Part shown: positions 46,895 through 56,308 of the stretch, piece after piece | How the letters are laid out: each line of letters begins with the position of its first letter | How positions within the stretch are numbered: the stretch's first letter is position 1 | NCBI GenBank assembly: GCA_050294405.1 | Contig: JBNKOC010000014.1 | Location: 1-64,000 of the forward strand | DNA length: 64,000 nt | Direction of reading: 5' to 3' | DNA from: Fibrobacteria bacterium | GTDB taxonomy: Bacteria > Fibrobacterota > Fibrobacteria > UBA11236 > JADFYW01 | Position numbers and translations under genes: made by a program | Notes under the pieces: generated by a model | Database searches by the model: none | The model's input: only the letters and a program-made list of their open reading frames with translations | What the model was told of the DNA's origin: nothing

Positions 46895-48532
46895 ATGAAA
46901 AAAACGCTGGGCATTTTTTTATTTTTACTGAGCTATAGTTTCCCCGAAAAAGTATTGGTAAATACCATTGATTTTCAGGGCGCCGGTGGCAACCCTGGTC
47001 TTCGCCTAGGGGATATAGACGGGGACGGTATTGTAGAGCTTGTAGTGGGCCAACCCATCCCCCAGCCCGACGCACATACGCCTCAAGAGGTCGCACGAAT
47101 AACAGCCTTTGAACTAACCGGGGAAATTATTTGGCAGTTTACCCGACCGGGCAACCCAAACCTAAGCAACCACAGCGCAAGCTCGGACATTCCCCTGCAA
47201 GTTTACGATTGGGATGGAGATGGAAAATCTGAAATTATCGCCGCCTTCGAAAAGGACTCCCTAAGCTTTTTAAATGGTGAAACAGGCAAAATTATGCGCA
47301 AAATCCCCATCCCACAGGGAACCTCTAACACCGGAGCATCGGGCTCCAATGATTGTATTATCATTGCCAATTTAAGAGGCACGGAATGGCCACAGGATTT
47401 TATTCTAAAAACCAGATACACCCAGGTATGGGGAGTGAATGGGGAAAATGGTGATGTATTGTGGACCCAAAAAGCCAATGGAGACAATCTGGCCCACTAC
47501 GGTTATGCTTTTAATGCCGATAGCGATGCTAAAGATGAATACATATCCGGCTGGCAACTTCTGGATGATGACGGAAGCATACTTTGGAACGCCCGGGGAC
47601 TAACCATGCATTTAGACGCCATAACCGTTGGAGACATAGATAACAACCCTGAAAATGGAATTGAAATGGCCTTGGCAAGCCAGGTGGGTGCGGTATTTAA
47701 TACCTATGGAACTGAATTGTGGCGGGACAACCACACCACATCAGAGGGCCAAGGCATCCAACATATTGCCATGGGCGACTTCCATCCTGACCATCCAGGA
47801 AAGGAAATAGTAATGCTAGAGAGAATTGGACCCCGCACAGATCAAGGGCGTGACGCTAACATATTAACCAGTTCCACTGGAGAATTAATCTGGAAAGAAG
47901 AGCGTACAGGCAATGATTATGGCTGGCTAACTGTGACAGAGCGAATTAGCAATTGGGAAGGAAACAATGAAGACCATATTTTATCCTACCGCCGAACCAG
48001 CAAGCCGCCCACTATTTACGATGGAGATGGAAATGCCATAGAAACATTTGAACACCCAGGGTCTTATGTAGATTTTCTAATTCACGGTAACATTTGCGGA
48101 GACAAACGAGAAGAAGTTATTGTTTTTAGCGAAGAAGAAGCCTGGATATTTTCCAATGGGGGCTGCGACTTAACACAACCTCCCGAAGGGGAGGGCATTC
48201 CTCAAAACCGAAGATGGTACAATTGGACCATATATAGTGGTTGGGAGGCGGAAGATTATACCTTTTTTACGCCGGGAACTACTCTTCGCAACAAGCCTCC
48301 TAAATTCAAACCCGAAATAAATGTATATGGAAAAAATAACGGATTTGAAATTCAAGCCAACATGGCTATACACAAAATTGTAGTGAGGGATTTGGAAGGA
48401 AAAATTGTCCAGGAAAAAAAATTCACAAAAAGCAAATTAACAAATATAGATGGGCTTAGCTCCGGCCTATACCTAATACAAATTTATGGTGCCCAACACA
48501 CTTTAAATAAATGGGTTGTTAGCCAACTATAA
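46895..48532 (+). CDS. Secreted FG-GAP/Ca-binding beta-propeller, rhamnogalacturonan lyase (PL11)-like, with T9SS-like CTD
   Basis: Repeated GD[IW]DGDG..E motifs, VYDWDGDGKSE; tail RDLEGK...GLYLIQI; GAGGAG RBS; divergent from the CE12 gene. Confidence 0.7.
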   Translation: MKKTLGIFLFLLSYSFPEKVLVNTIDFQGAGGNPGLRLGDIDGDGIVELVVGQPIPQPDAHTPQEVARITAFELTGEIIWQFTRPGNPNLSNHSASSDIPLQVYDWDGDGKSEIIAAFEKDSLSFLNGETGKIMRKIPIPQGTSNTGASGSNDCIIIANLRGTEWPQDFILKTRYTQVWGVNGENGDVLWTQKANGDNLAHYGYAFNADSDAKDEYISGWQLLDDDGSILWNARGLTMHLDAITVGDIDNNPENGIEMALASQVGAVFNTYGTELWRDNHTTSEGQGIQHIAMGDFHPDHPGKEIVMLERIGPRTDQGRDANILTSSTGELIWKEERTGNDYGWLTVTERISNWEGNNEDHILSYRRTSKPPTIYDGDGNAIETFEHPGSYVDFLIHGNICGDKREEVIVFSEEEAWIFSNGGCDLTQPPEGEGIPQNRRWYNWTIYSGWEAEDYTFFTPGTTLRNKPPKFKPEINVYGKNNGFEIQANMAIHKIVVRDLEGKIVQEKKFTKSKLTNIDGLSSGLYLIQIYGAQHTLNKWVVSQL

Positions 48533-48553
48533 GCATATTGTTATATTTTCCCC

Positions 48554-49462
48554 ATGGACTTCGGAAAAGAAAAAGATGGAATAGCCCTCACCGAACTTGA
48601 GCTGCCGCCAGAACCTTCTGAAAATGTTCAAGTTTTAAAAAAGAGCAAGGCTAAAACATCCCTTTATGTGGGCCTTCCCAAATGGACTCAGGGGCCCTGG
48701 ACTAAGTCTTTTTATCCAACTAAAGTAAAACCCACCAACTATTTAAAATATTACGCCTCACAAATCAGTTGTATCGAATTAAATGCAACCCGTTACTGGA
48801 GCCATTACAATTCGGGGCAAGTTAAAAAATGGACTTCTTTAGTTGGCCCCGAATTCAAATTTTGCCCTAAGTTTTTTGAACGTATCAGCCACGGAAGAAA
48901 ATTTAATTATGAAGATTTTTTGAATATTGAATTCCGCAAGTCTTTAGAAGGATTTGGAAAATTTTTAGGACCCGCCTTTTTACAACTCCCTGCCAGCTTT
49001 TCTCCTAAAAGAGCAGAGGAATTGTTCTCATTCCTTGAGTTATATGCGAATAACTATTCCCTGGCCCTTGAGCTTAGGCATCCCGCCTGGTTTACAAACC
49101 AGAGTTATAATAAAGAGTTGCGCGAGTTTTTAATAAAGAAGAACATTGCTTTTATAATTACCGATGCTCCTGCCAATAGAACTGTATTGCATCGTTTTTT
49201 AACCTGTGAAAAAACTTTTATACGCTTTTGCCTTGGCTTATCTGAGGATGAGAACAAAAACCGTCTGGAAAAATGGGCGGAATGTATCCATAACTGGACT
49301 AAAATGGGTCTTAAAGAAGTTTACTTTTTTATCCACCATCCTGAAGAAGAATCTCTTGTGGAAGCTATGAGCCATTTTATCGAATGCTTAAACAAAAAAG
49401 GGCATAACATAATTATGCCAAGCTCCTCTTCCTCCGAAGGTCCGCAAACCAGTATGTTTTAA
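48554..49462 (+). CDS. DUF72 family protein
   Basis: LKYYA, IELNAT, FCPK, LQLP.SF, ELRHPAW, YFFIH. Confidence 0.9.
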   Translation: MDFGKEKDGIALTELELPPEPSENVQVLKKSKAKTSLYVGLPKWTQGPWTKSFYPTKVKPTNYLKYYASQISCIELNATRYWSHYNSGQVKKWTSLVGPEFKFCPKFFERISHGRKFNYEDFLNIEFRKSLEGFGKFLGPAFLQLPASFSPKRAEELFSFLELYANNYSLALELRHPAWFTNQSYNKELREFLIKKNIAFIITDAPANRTVLHRFLTCEKTFIRFCLGLSEDENKNRLEKWAECIHNWTKMGLKEVYFFIHHPEEESLVEAMSHFIECLNKKGHNIIMPSSSSSEGPQTSMF

Positions 49463-49683
49463 CTCTCTTCCTCTTCATTAAATTCTCCATCCAAATCTTC
49501 CAGTACATTTTTCACTTTAGCCTCTGTATCTGTAAGAATTTTCTTACAGCTTTTCAAAAGGCCTGCTGCTTCCACCACCTGGTCGGCCAACTCGTCAATG
49601 GGCACTTCCGAGTTATCAATATTTTCTAATATCTCATTTAGTCTTTCCATTGCTTCTGTATATGATTTAGATGATTTGGTCAT
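49459..49683 (-). CDS. xseB: Exodeoxyribonuclease VII small subunit
   Basis: Y.EAMERL.EI...I, C...L...E.KV; overlaps the xseA stop. Confidence 0.9.
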   Translation of the reverse strand: MTKSSKSYTEAMERLNEILENIDNSEVPIDELADQVVEAAGLLKSCKKILTDTEAKVKNVLEDLDGEFNEEEES

Positions 49684-51266
49684 TTGTTCTCACTGGTTGA
49701 AATAACTTTGCTTCGTATATATCCATTGGCTATTTGAGTGGAAATCTCCTCACCGCTTTTAATATCCGCAGTGGACACTATCAATTTACCCGATGCGTTG
49801 CGCATAAGGGAATAGCCGCGCTCGATGTTTCGCTTTGGATCTTGCTGTCTAACTATTTTGCCCTTCCATTTTAATTCTTCTGCAGATTTTGAAAAGCTAA
49901 CATTCCAAGTGTTTTTTATTTGCCTCATGGCATAATTTTGCTCCACAAGAGCCGGGGATAATATTTTAGGAATTCCCTTGTGCAGACCATGTATGCTTAA
50001 CCCCAGCTGTTTATTTTCAGCTTGAATGTATCTGTTGGAGGCCCCTGAAATTTCCCGGGTCAGAACTTGTAATTTGCTTTTCTCTCCATTTTTTAATTTT
50101 CCCCAAAAACCAGCCAAGCGATGCCGAGTCACATCCACCTGGCTCTGAAATACCCGCACAATTTTTAGGGGGCCTCGTTCCAAGCCAAAATACTGCCTCT
50201 CCATATTTTTGAATTCAGATCTTAACATAGCCCTGCTGGCGGACTTTATGCCTTTTATGGCATATTGCATTTGTTCTCTCTCTTTTTTTTGCCGGGCCTT
50301 CCAGCGGTAGGCGACATTTTTCCCTGCCAACTGCATTTGTTGGAGGGAGTCTTCCAAAGATAGCCTCCAGGTGGATTTTAAATTTTGGGTGGACTCTTCC
50401 AATACATAATACTGCTCTTCCACAGTTTTAAGCAGCGATTTAGCGCAATCCGTGGGAGTTATTTTGTCTTCAAAGGCAACCATGTCGGCAATGGATTTAT
50501 CTATTTCGTGGCCGATGCCTGTAAAAACAGGAATGGGGTAATTGGCAATTTCCCTGCATATTTTTTCAGAATCAAAATAAACCAAATCCGTCTTGGAACC
50601 CCCGCCTCTTATAATGCATAATACATCCATATCAAAGGCCTTAAGCGCCCCCATGGCAAGCAAAATAGTAGCTTCTGTGTTATCCCCCTGCATTTTAGCC
50701 GGATGAAAAAATATTTCAAAGGAAAAACCCGAATCCAAAAGAGTAGTGGTAAAATCCATGTAGGCTGCCGAGCCGGGGGCCGTGATAAGCCCTATTTTTA
50801 AGGGTATTGGAGAAAGGCTAAGGGCCTTATTCTTTTTTAAAAGCCCCTCGGCTTCCAAGGCTTTAATGATTTTTTGCCGGGTTTGAGCAATTTCGCCCAA
50901 AGTAAAATATGGGTCAACCTCAATAATTTTAGGCTGGAACTTTCCAAAAGGAATATAAAAATCAGCCTCCAGCAAAAATTTCACTTTAAGCTCTGCTTTG
51001 AGTTTAAAAGGCGTAGGCAATTCAGAAAATTTTTGCTGGTAGGACTCAAACTCCGATGTCCATAAATACAGCTGAAGAGTCGCGCGGGGCCTTGTGCTGC
51101 CTTCCTCAAATTCTCCTATAGTGAGATAGGTAATTTTATCTCGAATTTGTAACTGGGTGATAATTCCGGTGACCCAAACCGAAGGCACCTTGTTTTTCAA
51201 ATATCTGGATACCGAGGTATTGTACTGGGTGATGGTAAAAGATTTGGGGTTTATTTCCGGCTCCAT
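49680..51266 (-). CDS. xseA: Exodeoxyribonuclease VII large subunit
   Basis: OB-fold N-terminus; IGLITA..SAAY.D, RGGGS, GIGHEID, TPT, RGYS. Confidence 0.93.
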   Translation of the reverse strand: MEPEINPKSFTITQYNTSVSRYLKNKVPSVWVTGIITQLQIRDKITYLTIGEFEEGSTRPRATLQLYLWTSEFESYQQKFSELPTPFKLKAELKVKFLLEADFYIPFGKFQPKIIEVDPYFTLGEIAQTRQKIIKALEAEGLLKKNKALSLSPIPLKIGLITAPGSAAYMDFTTTLLDSGFSFEIFFHPAKMQGDNTEATILLAMGALKAFDMDVLCIIRGGGSKTDLVYFDSEKICREIANYPIPVFTGIGHEIDKSIADMVAFEDKITPTDCAKSLLKTVEEQYYVLEESTQNLKSTWRLSLEDSLQQMQLAGKNVAYRWKARQKKEREQMQYAIKGIKSASRAMLRSEFKNMERQYFGLERGPLKIVRVFQSQVDVTRHRLAGFWGKLKNGEKSKLQVLTREISGASNRYIQAENKQLGLSIHGLHKGIPKILSPALVEQNYAMRQIKNTWNVSFSKSAEELKWKGKIVRQQDPKRNIERGYSLMRNASGKLIVSTADIKSGEEISTQIANGYIRSKVISTSENK

Positions 51267-51423
51267 AGGGCTAAAAATTAAGCAATCCTGCCTGCAAAAC
51301 CCATAAATTCTTGAAATACTGTCAATTTTTAGGCCCAGAGCCCATATTGAAGGAATCCAGCGATAAGCTATATTGGGTAATTAAGTTTGGACTGTGAGTT
51401 TTTAGGATTAAAAAGGAGATTTT

Positions 51424-52473
51424 ATGCCTATTGCAGATTACAACACCTACATTAAAATGTTAGATGCCGCCCAAAAGGGCAATTACGCTTATCCTGCCAT
51501 TAACGTTTCCAGCATGGAAACTGCCAATGCCGCCCTTAAAGCATTTGCCGATGCTAAATCCGATGGAATCATTCAGGTTTCCACTGGTGGTGGCAAACAC
51601 GCTTCCGGCTCCAATGTGGGCGATATGGTATTAGGTGCTATTTCATTGGCCAACCACATTCACCTGATGGCCGACAAATATCCCGTTAACATCGCCTTAC
51701 ATACCGACCACTGCCAACCGGACAAAGTTGAATCCTTTTTGCATCCTTTAATTGAAGAAACTGCGAAACGCAGAGCCCGTGGTGAAAAAAACCTTTTCCA
51801 AAGCCATATGTTTGACGGTTCTGAACTTCCTTTAGCTGAAAATATGGCCATTGCCAAAGATTTAATGAAGCTTTGCGCCGAAAACGAAATTATTCTTGAG
51901 GTGGAAGCCGGCGTTGTAGGCGGTGAAGAAGATGGCGTAGATACATCCAATGTATCTAAGGATAAATTATACACCACTCCCGAAGACATGGTGGAAGTGT
52001 ATCGCCAATTGAGCTCCGTAGGCGCAGGCAAGTTTATGTTTGCCGCCACTTTTGGAAACGTACATGGCGTATACAAACCAGGCAACGTAAAATTAAAACC
52101 CAGCATTTTAAAAGAAGGCCAGGATGCCGTAATTAAAGAATTTGGCCCAGAAGCTGAGTTCTGGTTGGTTTTCCACGGCGGTTCAGGCTCAACTAAAGCC
52201 GAGATTAAAGAAACATTGGAATACGGCGTTATTAAAATGAATGTAGACACCGATACCCAATACGCTTTCACCCGTCCCATTGTTGAACACATGTTCAAAA
52301 ACTATGACGGTGTTTTGAAAATCGACGGTGAAGTGGGCAACAAAAAAACCTACGATCCCCGTTCTTATTTGAAAAAAGCTGAAGCTGCTATGGCTCAAAG
52401 AATTATGGAAGCTTGCGACGACCTTTTCTCCACAGGCAAAACCTTAGGTGTTGCAGAGATGGCCACTGCTTAA
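51424..52473 (+). CDS. fbaA: Fructose-bisphosphate aldolase class II
   Basis: ALHTDHC, SHMFDGS, GGEEDG, FGNVHGVYKPG, VFHGGSG, KMNVDTD, YDPR. Confidence 0.97.
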   Translation: MPIADYNTYIKMLDAAQKGNYAYPAINVSSMETANAALKAFADAKSDGIIQVSTGGGKHASGSNVGDMVLGAISLANHIHLMADKYPVNIALHTDHCQPDKVESFLHPLIEETAKRRARGEKNLFQSHMFDGSELPLAENMAIAKDLMKLCAENEIILEVEAGVVGGEEDGVDTSNVSKDKLYTTPEDMVEVYRQLSSVGAGKFMFAATFGNVHGVYKPGNVKLKPSILKEGQDAVIKEFGPEAEFWLVFHGGSGSTKAEIKETLEYGVIKMNVDTDTQYAFTRPIVEHMFKNYDGVLKIDGEVGNKKTYDPRSYLKKAEAAMAQRIMEACDDLFSTGKTLGVAEMATA

Positions 52474-52494
52474 TTTCCCAGATTTAAATTATCT

Positions 52495-52523
52495 AAAGCC
52501 CGCAAATTTCTGCGGGCTTTTTT
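52495..52523 (+). terminator. Rho-independent terminator after fbaA
   Basis: AAAGCCCGCA-AATTTC-TGCGGGCTTTTTT. Confidence 0.88.
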
Positions 52524-52534
52524 AATGGCAGCAA

Positions 52535-53389
52535 ATGAAAAAGTCTGAACACAGCGCAAACCTTTTATCCCGCCACCCCCAGCTATTACTTTGCCCCCAT
52601 TGTGGTGAAAATTTCCTGAGTTTGACACCCCAATCCATCCAATGCAAAAACGGGCATGTATATAATCTTTCCAAAAAAGGCAGCCTTCATTTATTAAAGA
52701 ACAATCACAAAGGCTCCTATGACAAAAAACTGTTTTTAGCCCGGGAACAAATCAACAAATGGGGTATGTTTCATAAAATCTATGCGGAAATAAAAAATAT
52801 TGGGAAAAAATATTTATCCGATGGCGTAGTTCTTGACATGGGCGCAGGCGAGGGATCTTTGCTTCAGTATTTGGCCTCCGACAATCCAACGGCCACATAC
52901 ATTGGTCTCGACAATTCCAAAGAGGCTATCCAAAGGGCCTCAAGTAAGCCCTGGCACGCCCTTTATCTCACCGCCGATTTGGCCCATCCCCCTTTCACCA
53001 AAAATTGTGCCCGGCTCATTTTGAATTTTTTTGCCCCGGCCAATTATCCTGTTTTTAGCAATTTGCTTGAGAGTGATGGGCTTTTTATAAAAGTGATTCC
53101 AGGAGAAAATTATTTAAAGGAGCTTCGTAATATCCTATATGCAGATAAAAAAGACAGGCAAAGTTACGACCCCGCCCCTACCCTGGAACTTTTTTACAAA
53201 CATTTTCCAAAGGGAATGGATAATCTACTGAATTACACCCTCGATGTTACAGAAAGCCACATACAAAATATTTTAGATATGTCGCCACTCAGTTGGGGAG
53301 CTGACAGCAGGAATAAGGATGTTAGTCTTTTTTCAGAAATTAAAAAAATCAGTATGGAAGTGCATATTCTGCAAGGCAAAATTAATTGA
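52535..53389 (+). CDS. RlmA-like 23S rRNA m1G methyltransferase
   Basis: N-terminal zinc finger CPHC...C.NGH; LDMGAGEG SAM motif; KVIPG..YL.ELR; MSPL.W. Confidence 0.85.
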   Translation: MKKSEHSANLLSRHPQLLLCPHCGENFLSLTPQSIQCKNGHVYNLSKKGSLHLLKNNHKGSYDKKLFLAREQINKWGMFHKIYAEIKNIGKKYLSDGVVLDMGAGEGSLLQYLASDNPTATYIGLDNSKEAIQRASSKPWHALYLTADLAHPPFTKNCARLILNFFAPANYPVFSNLLESDGLFIKVIPGENYLKELRNILYADKKDRQSYDPAPTLELFYKHFPKGMDNLLNYTLDVTESHIQNILDMSPLSWGADSRNKDVSLFSEIKKISMEVHILQGKIN

Positions 53390-53425
53390 GTTTAAAAGAA
53401 GCTCATTTATCAATTATAAAAAGCC

Positions 53426-55834
53426 TTATTCTCTTACAATCAGCCAGGCCGTAAAGCAAACAGACAAGGTGCTTAAGGGCATTAATATGGCGGCAGCTAA
53501 AGGAGATATTTTTCCGGAAAAGGTTAAGCCAATAGCCACGCAATTATACAATAGCGATATGCTGTAATTTGTAAGCACACTGGTTTTTATTTTCTTCGAC
53601 AATTTTAACAGGGAATGTAATTTTTCAAAATCATTGTGTTTAAATAAAATATCAGATTCGTTCTTAAGGGGCGCCACAGCGCTTTGCACAGCTATGCCCA
53701 CATCCGCAGCCGATAGTAAAAGACTGTCGTTAAAGCCATCGCCAATAGCCAAAACACTTCCATGTTTATTTTGTAAATCCCGCAGCACGGAGAGTTTTTT
53801 TTCAGGAGAAGCTTGGTAAAAATAATTTTTAACTCCTGAGCTATTGCAAAAGGATTCTACCTTTTCCTTTTTATCCCCGGACACCAAACCCAATGTATAG
53901 TTTTTAGAACTTTGCCGGATAAATTTGGGAACGCTTGGCTTAATATTTTCCTGAAGCCATATATGGGCCAATATTTTTCCATTTAGACTCAATAGGCAAT
54001 CTGCGGTTTTACCTTTATACAATGGCTCCAAAGGATTTTCAACAGTGGCATCTTCATATTTATTGAGCCACAATTCCCCTTGCAATTCCTTAAAATAGGC
54101 TTTCACGCCAAAGTGAATTATTTCTTCAAAATTGAGCATCTCCCTTTGGCTTGCATTCACATCATGGAGAGATTTGTATATGGTCCTTGAAACAGGATGT
54201 AATGATTGCTGGCAAAGTTTTTTAAGGCAACTCAATAACATGGGCTGCTGCGCCCCTAAATCATCGTCCCATTCCCATTTGCTTATTTTTCTTTCGCTAT
54301 AAGTAACCGTGCCGGTTTTATCCAGCAGTATGGATTTAATGGAGGCTAACCTGCGAAATATTTGGGCGGAGCGAATAAAAAAACCCATTTTTCCCGCCCG
54401 GTATATTCCCACACCATAAGAAAAGGGAACAGCCAAAGCCAGTGCGCAGGGGCATATTACAATCAGCAGTGTAGCCGTTCGGACAAGCCTTTCGCTTAAA
54501 GAAAGTTCATTCATGCTTACCATAAAAAAGGTCGCCAGCAATATGGCCAGTAGAGAAAACCAATAGGCTGCTTTTTCGGGAAGTTCCAGGCTGCGGGCCT
54601 GGCTGTGTTTCAACTGCTTAAATTGCTGCCGTAATGTATCTAAGCGGTTTCGATTGGAATCTTTTAAAACTTTAATTAATATAGGCCCCCGCAGGTTTTT
54701 AAACCCAGCATATACATTATCGCCTTTTTGAAATTCTGCACTGTCGCTTTCCCCTGTTAAGAGGGAGCTGTCTATCCAGGCATGAGGGCTTTCCAACTGG
54801 CCATCGCATGGAAGTATTTCTCCTTCAGGTAAAAGATATACATCCCCTATTTTTAAATCCGAAATTTTTTTCCAATCCATTTTTTTGCTGGAAATGACCT
54901 TAACATCTTTGTTGCGATTTAATTGAGGCCAGATTCCGCTAAAGGTAATCTTAGATTCCAGAGCATTAACCATCCATCTGCCCAGCAAAAGGAAAAACAC
55001 CAATCCCGTAACACTGTCAAAAAACACATGCCCTTTATTTGTTAACATTCCATAACTGGATGTTGCAAAGGCTGTTAAAATTCCACTGGAAACAGGAAAA
55101 TCCATATGGATAAATTTGTGTTTTAACCCCGCCCAGGCCTTTTTATAAAATGGAGTGGCGGCATAAAATACCGTGGGCAAAGACAAAACAAAGGATACCC
55201 AGTTAAAATATTTCTGGAGCTTAATATCTCCCTCGCCCATTCCAAAATAATCCGCTAATGCAAAAACCATCACATTGGCAAAACAGGCCCCTGCCACAGC
55301 CAATCTCATGGCCATGCCGGATTTTTGAGCATGTTCTACAGTTCCTTCTTCCAACGGGCTTAAAGGATAACCCAAACGCATGCTTTCTTTTAAAATGTGT
55401 GAAAGGGAAACCGCCTTGGGATCGTAGCTTATATCAAGGTTGCCAGAAACGAAATCAACCTGCACGCTTTTAACTCCGTTAACGTCCCCCACCACTCGCT
55501 CAATCAACCAGGCACAGGCAGAGCAATGAATGTTTTCACTGCGAAATTGCCCTTGAACCTGTCCTATATTGGCATTGGCATCCAAGGTTCTCTCATCCTC
55601 TTCCACCTTTTTTAAATACTCTTGGTAGTTTCCATCCGCTTTTGGAGAAGGTGGGCAGCTTTTTTGCATTTGGGCCAGGTGGTAGTAAAAATTAAGCCCC
55701 TTATCTTTTATAAAAGCATTTAAATCTCTGCATCCGATACAACAGAAGTTATCTCCATTTTCATTTTCATATTTGGAATGGAGAATAACATCTCCACAAT
55801 GGGCGCAAGTTTCTATGGCAGCTTTTACTTCCAT
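53426..55834 (-). CDS. ccoI: cbb3-associated copper P1B-type ATPase CcoI/FixI
   Basis: CAHCG, FCCIGC, HCSAC, TGES, CPC, DKTGT, HP, GDGFND. Confidence 0.93.
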   Translation of the reverse strand: MEVKAAIETCAHCGDVILHSKYENENGDNFCCIGCRDLNAFIKDKGLNFYYHLAQMQKSCPPSPKADGNYQEYLKKVEEDERTLDANANIGQVQGQFRSENIHCSACAWLIERVVGDVNGVKSVQVDFVSGNLDISYDPKAVSLSHILKESMRLGYPLSPLEEGTVEHAQKSGMAMRLAVAGACFANVMVFALADYFGMGEGDIKLQKYFNWVSFVLSLPTVFYAATPFYKKAWAGLKHKFIHMDFPVSSGILTAFATSSYGMLTNKGHVFFDSVTGLVFFLLLGRWMVNALESKITFSGIWPQLNRNKDVKVISSKKMDWKKISDLKIGDVYLLPEGEILPCDGQLESPHAWIDSSLLTGESDSAEFQKGDNVYAGFKNLRGPILIKVLKDSNRNRLDTLRQQFKQLKHSQARSLELPEKAAYWFSLLAILLATFFMVSMNELSLSERLVRTATLLIVICPCALALAVPFSYGVGIYRAGKMGFFIRSAQIFRRLASIKSILLDKTGTVTYSERKISKWEWDDDLGAQQPMLLSCLKKLCQQSLHPVSRTIYKSLHDVNASQREMLNFEEIIHFGVKAYFKELQGELWLNKYEDATVENPLEPLYKGKTADCLLSLNGKILAHIWLQENIKPSVPKFIRQSSKNYTLGLVSGDKKEKVESFCNSSGVKNYFYQASPEKKLSVLRDLQNKHGSVLAIGDGFNDSLLLSAADVGIAVQSAVAPLKNESDILFKHNDFEKLHSLLKLSKKIKTSVLTNYSISLLYNCVAIGLTFSGKISPLAAAILMPLSTLSVCFTAWLIVRE

Positions 55835-55844
55835 GTATTGAGCC

Positions 55845-56306
55845 TTAAACGAAAAAACGCAGCGATTTTTCCACCATGCCAGAGGCCACTGGAACTTTAA
55901 TCACAGCAATCCAGGCCCCTTTTTCCAAAAAGATGTTTTCCGTTTTAAACTCCATTCCCTTTTTTTCCAATAGGGTTTTTTTATCCCAATTTTTATTGGA
56001 AGGCCGGTATAAATTAATTTGCTGTCCAGATAACAAATCCCCATTTATTTCTCCGGAAGCTTTTATCACACACTCCTGGTTTACGCAACTCACATCCAGA
56101 CTCAATTTTAGCTTTTCCCCCAAATCCAGGGACTGTTTGTGGTTGTCATAGAACACAGCTTCCTCGTAATAATTCTCACTTACCAAATCATGATTGTTAT
56201 TTACTGCTAACACCACCATATACCCATTAATAACAATGGTTGCCGCAAATAAGGCAATAAGGGCATATGCCACTCTGGGGAAAGCATTTTTTAACTTTTC
56301 TTCCAT
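55845..56306 (-). CDS. ccoH: CcoH/FixH family assembly protein
   Basis: Single N-terminal TM; DLVSENYYE, LYRPS, G.W; position between ccoG and ccoI. Confidence 0.85.
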   Translation of the reverse strand: MEEKLKNAFPRVAYALIALFAATIVINGYMVVLAVNNNHDLVSENYYEEAVFYDNHKQSLDLGEKLKLSLDVSCVNQECVIKASGEINGDLLSGQQINLYRPSNKNWDKKTLLEKKGMEFKTENIFLEKGAWIAVIKVPVASGMVEKSLRFFV

Positions 56307-56308
56307 AA

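Noticed and set aside
52535..53389. RlmA-like methylase as an acquired macrolide-resistance gene
   Set aside because: RlmAI and RlmAII cannot be told apart by eye; housekeeping context and no mobile element.
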